Source: Synechococcus sp. (GTDB taxonomy: Bacteria; Cyanobacteriota; Cyanobacteriia; Thermostichales; PCC-7336). Taken from it: a stretch of DNA of 16,945 nucleotides. The translations under genes and the position numbers were made by a program. Of the stretch, positions 16,775 to 16,945 are shown one piece after another (positions within the stretch are counted from its first letter, which is position 1; every line of letters begins with the position of its first letter). The stretch covers positions 1 through 16,945 of the forward strand of contig JBFRWN010000005.1 in assembly GCA_051439605.1 (NCBI GenBank), given 5' to 3'. The notes under the pieces were generated by a model that was not told the origin of the DNA, searched no databases, and worked only from the letters and a program-made list of their open reading frames with translations.

Positions 16775-16945
16775 CTGGTTCTAACGGATTCTATGGCACC
16801 AATGTATAGTGCGGCACCAATGGCTATTTGATAGATCTAGCTTGTCGTGGATGAGTCGCCGATCGTGCCTGCAGCCAAACGGGGAGACAAGAGCATCTGT
16901 ATCCCGGTCGAGAGTGAAGGCCAGTATCAGAACTTGATGGAGAAT
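16775..16945 (+). mobile_element. Unclassified IS, 5' end and transposase start (GTG 16865, runs off window)
   Basis: Terminus CTGGTTCTAACGGATTCT; (M)PAAKRGDKSICIPVESEGQYQNLMEN is 17/27 identical to the ORF starting at 3863. Confidence 0.8.

Noticed and set aside
3959..16775. Composite transposon bounded by the two related IS ends
   Set aside because: The copies are strongly diverged, one is a fragment, both present their 5' ends to the interior, and no shared TSD is visible.

Overview
Accessory, mobile-element-rich region, probably from a cyanobacterium. Support for the host: HIP1 octamers GCGATCGC at 1700, 12389, 13820 and 14495, a candidate NtcA box, and a pentapeptide-repeat gene. The main unannotated structure is a decaying integron gene-cassette array with no integrase in the window (CALIN-like). 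At least 8 attC sites lie on the + strand in two blocks (~2919-7257 and ~15600-16774), bounding VOC, GNAT, methyltransferase, GNAT-membrane, HEAT-like, peroxiredoxin-tail, hypothetical and DUF4336-like ORFs, many of them pseudogenised. A ~390 bp Tn3-like miniature element with two res-like palindromes sits at the head of the array. The blocks are separated by a nested IS630::IS66::MITE stack, a VOC gene, a second IS630 relic, tauE/safE and a gabD-like aldehyde dehydrogenase. Two diverged copies of an unclassified IS interrupt cassettes. A SWIM zinc-finger gene lies at the left. All family assignments come from motif recognition, not database searches.
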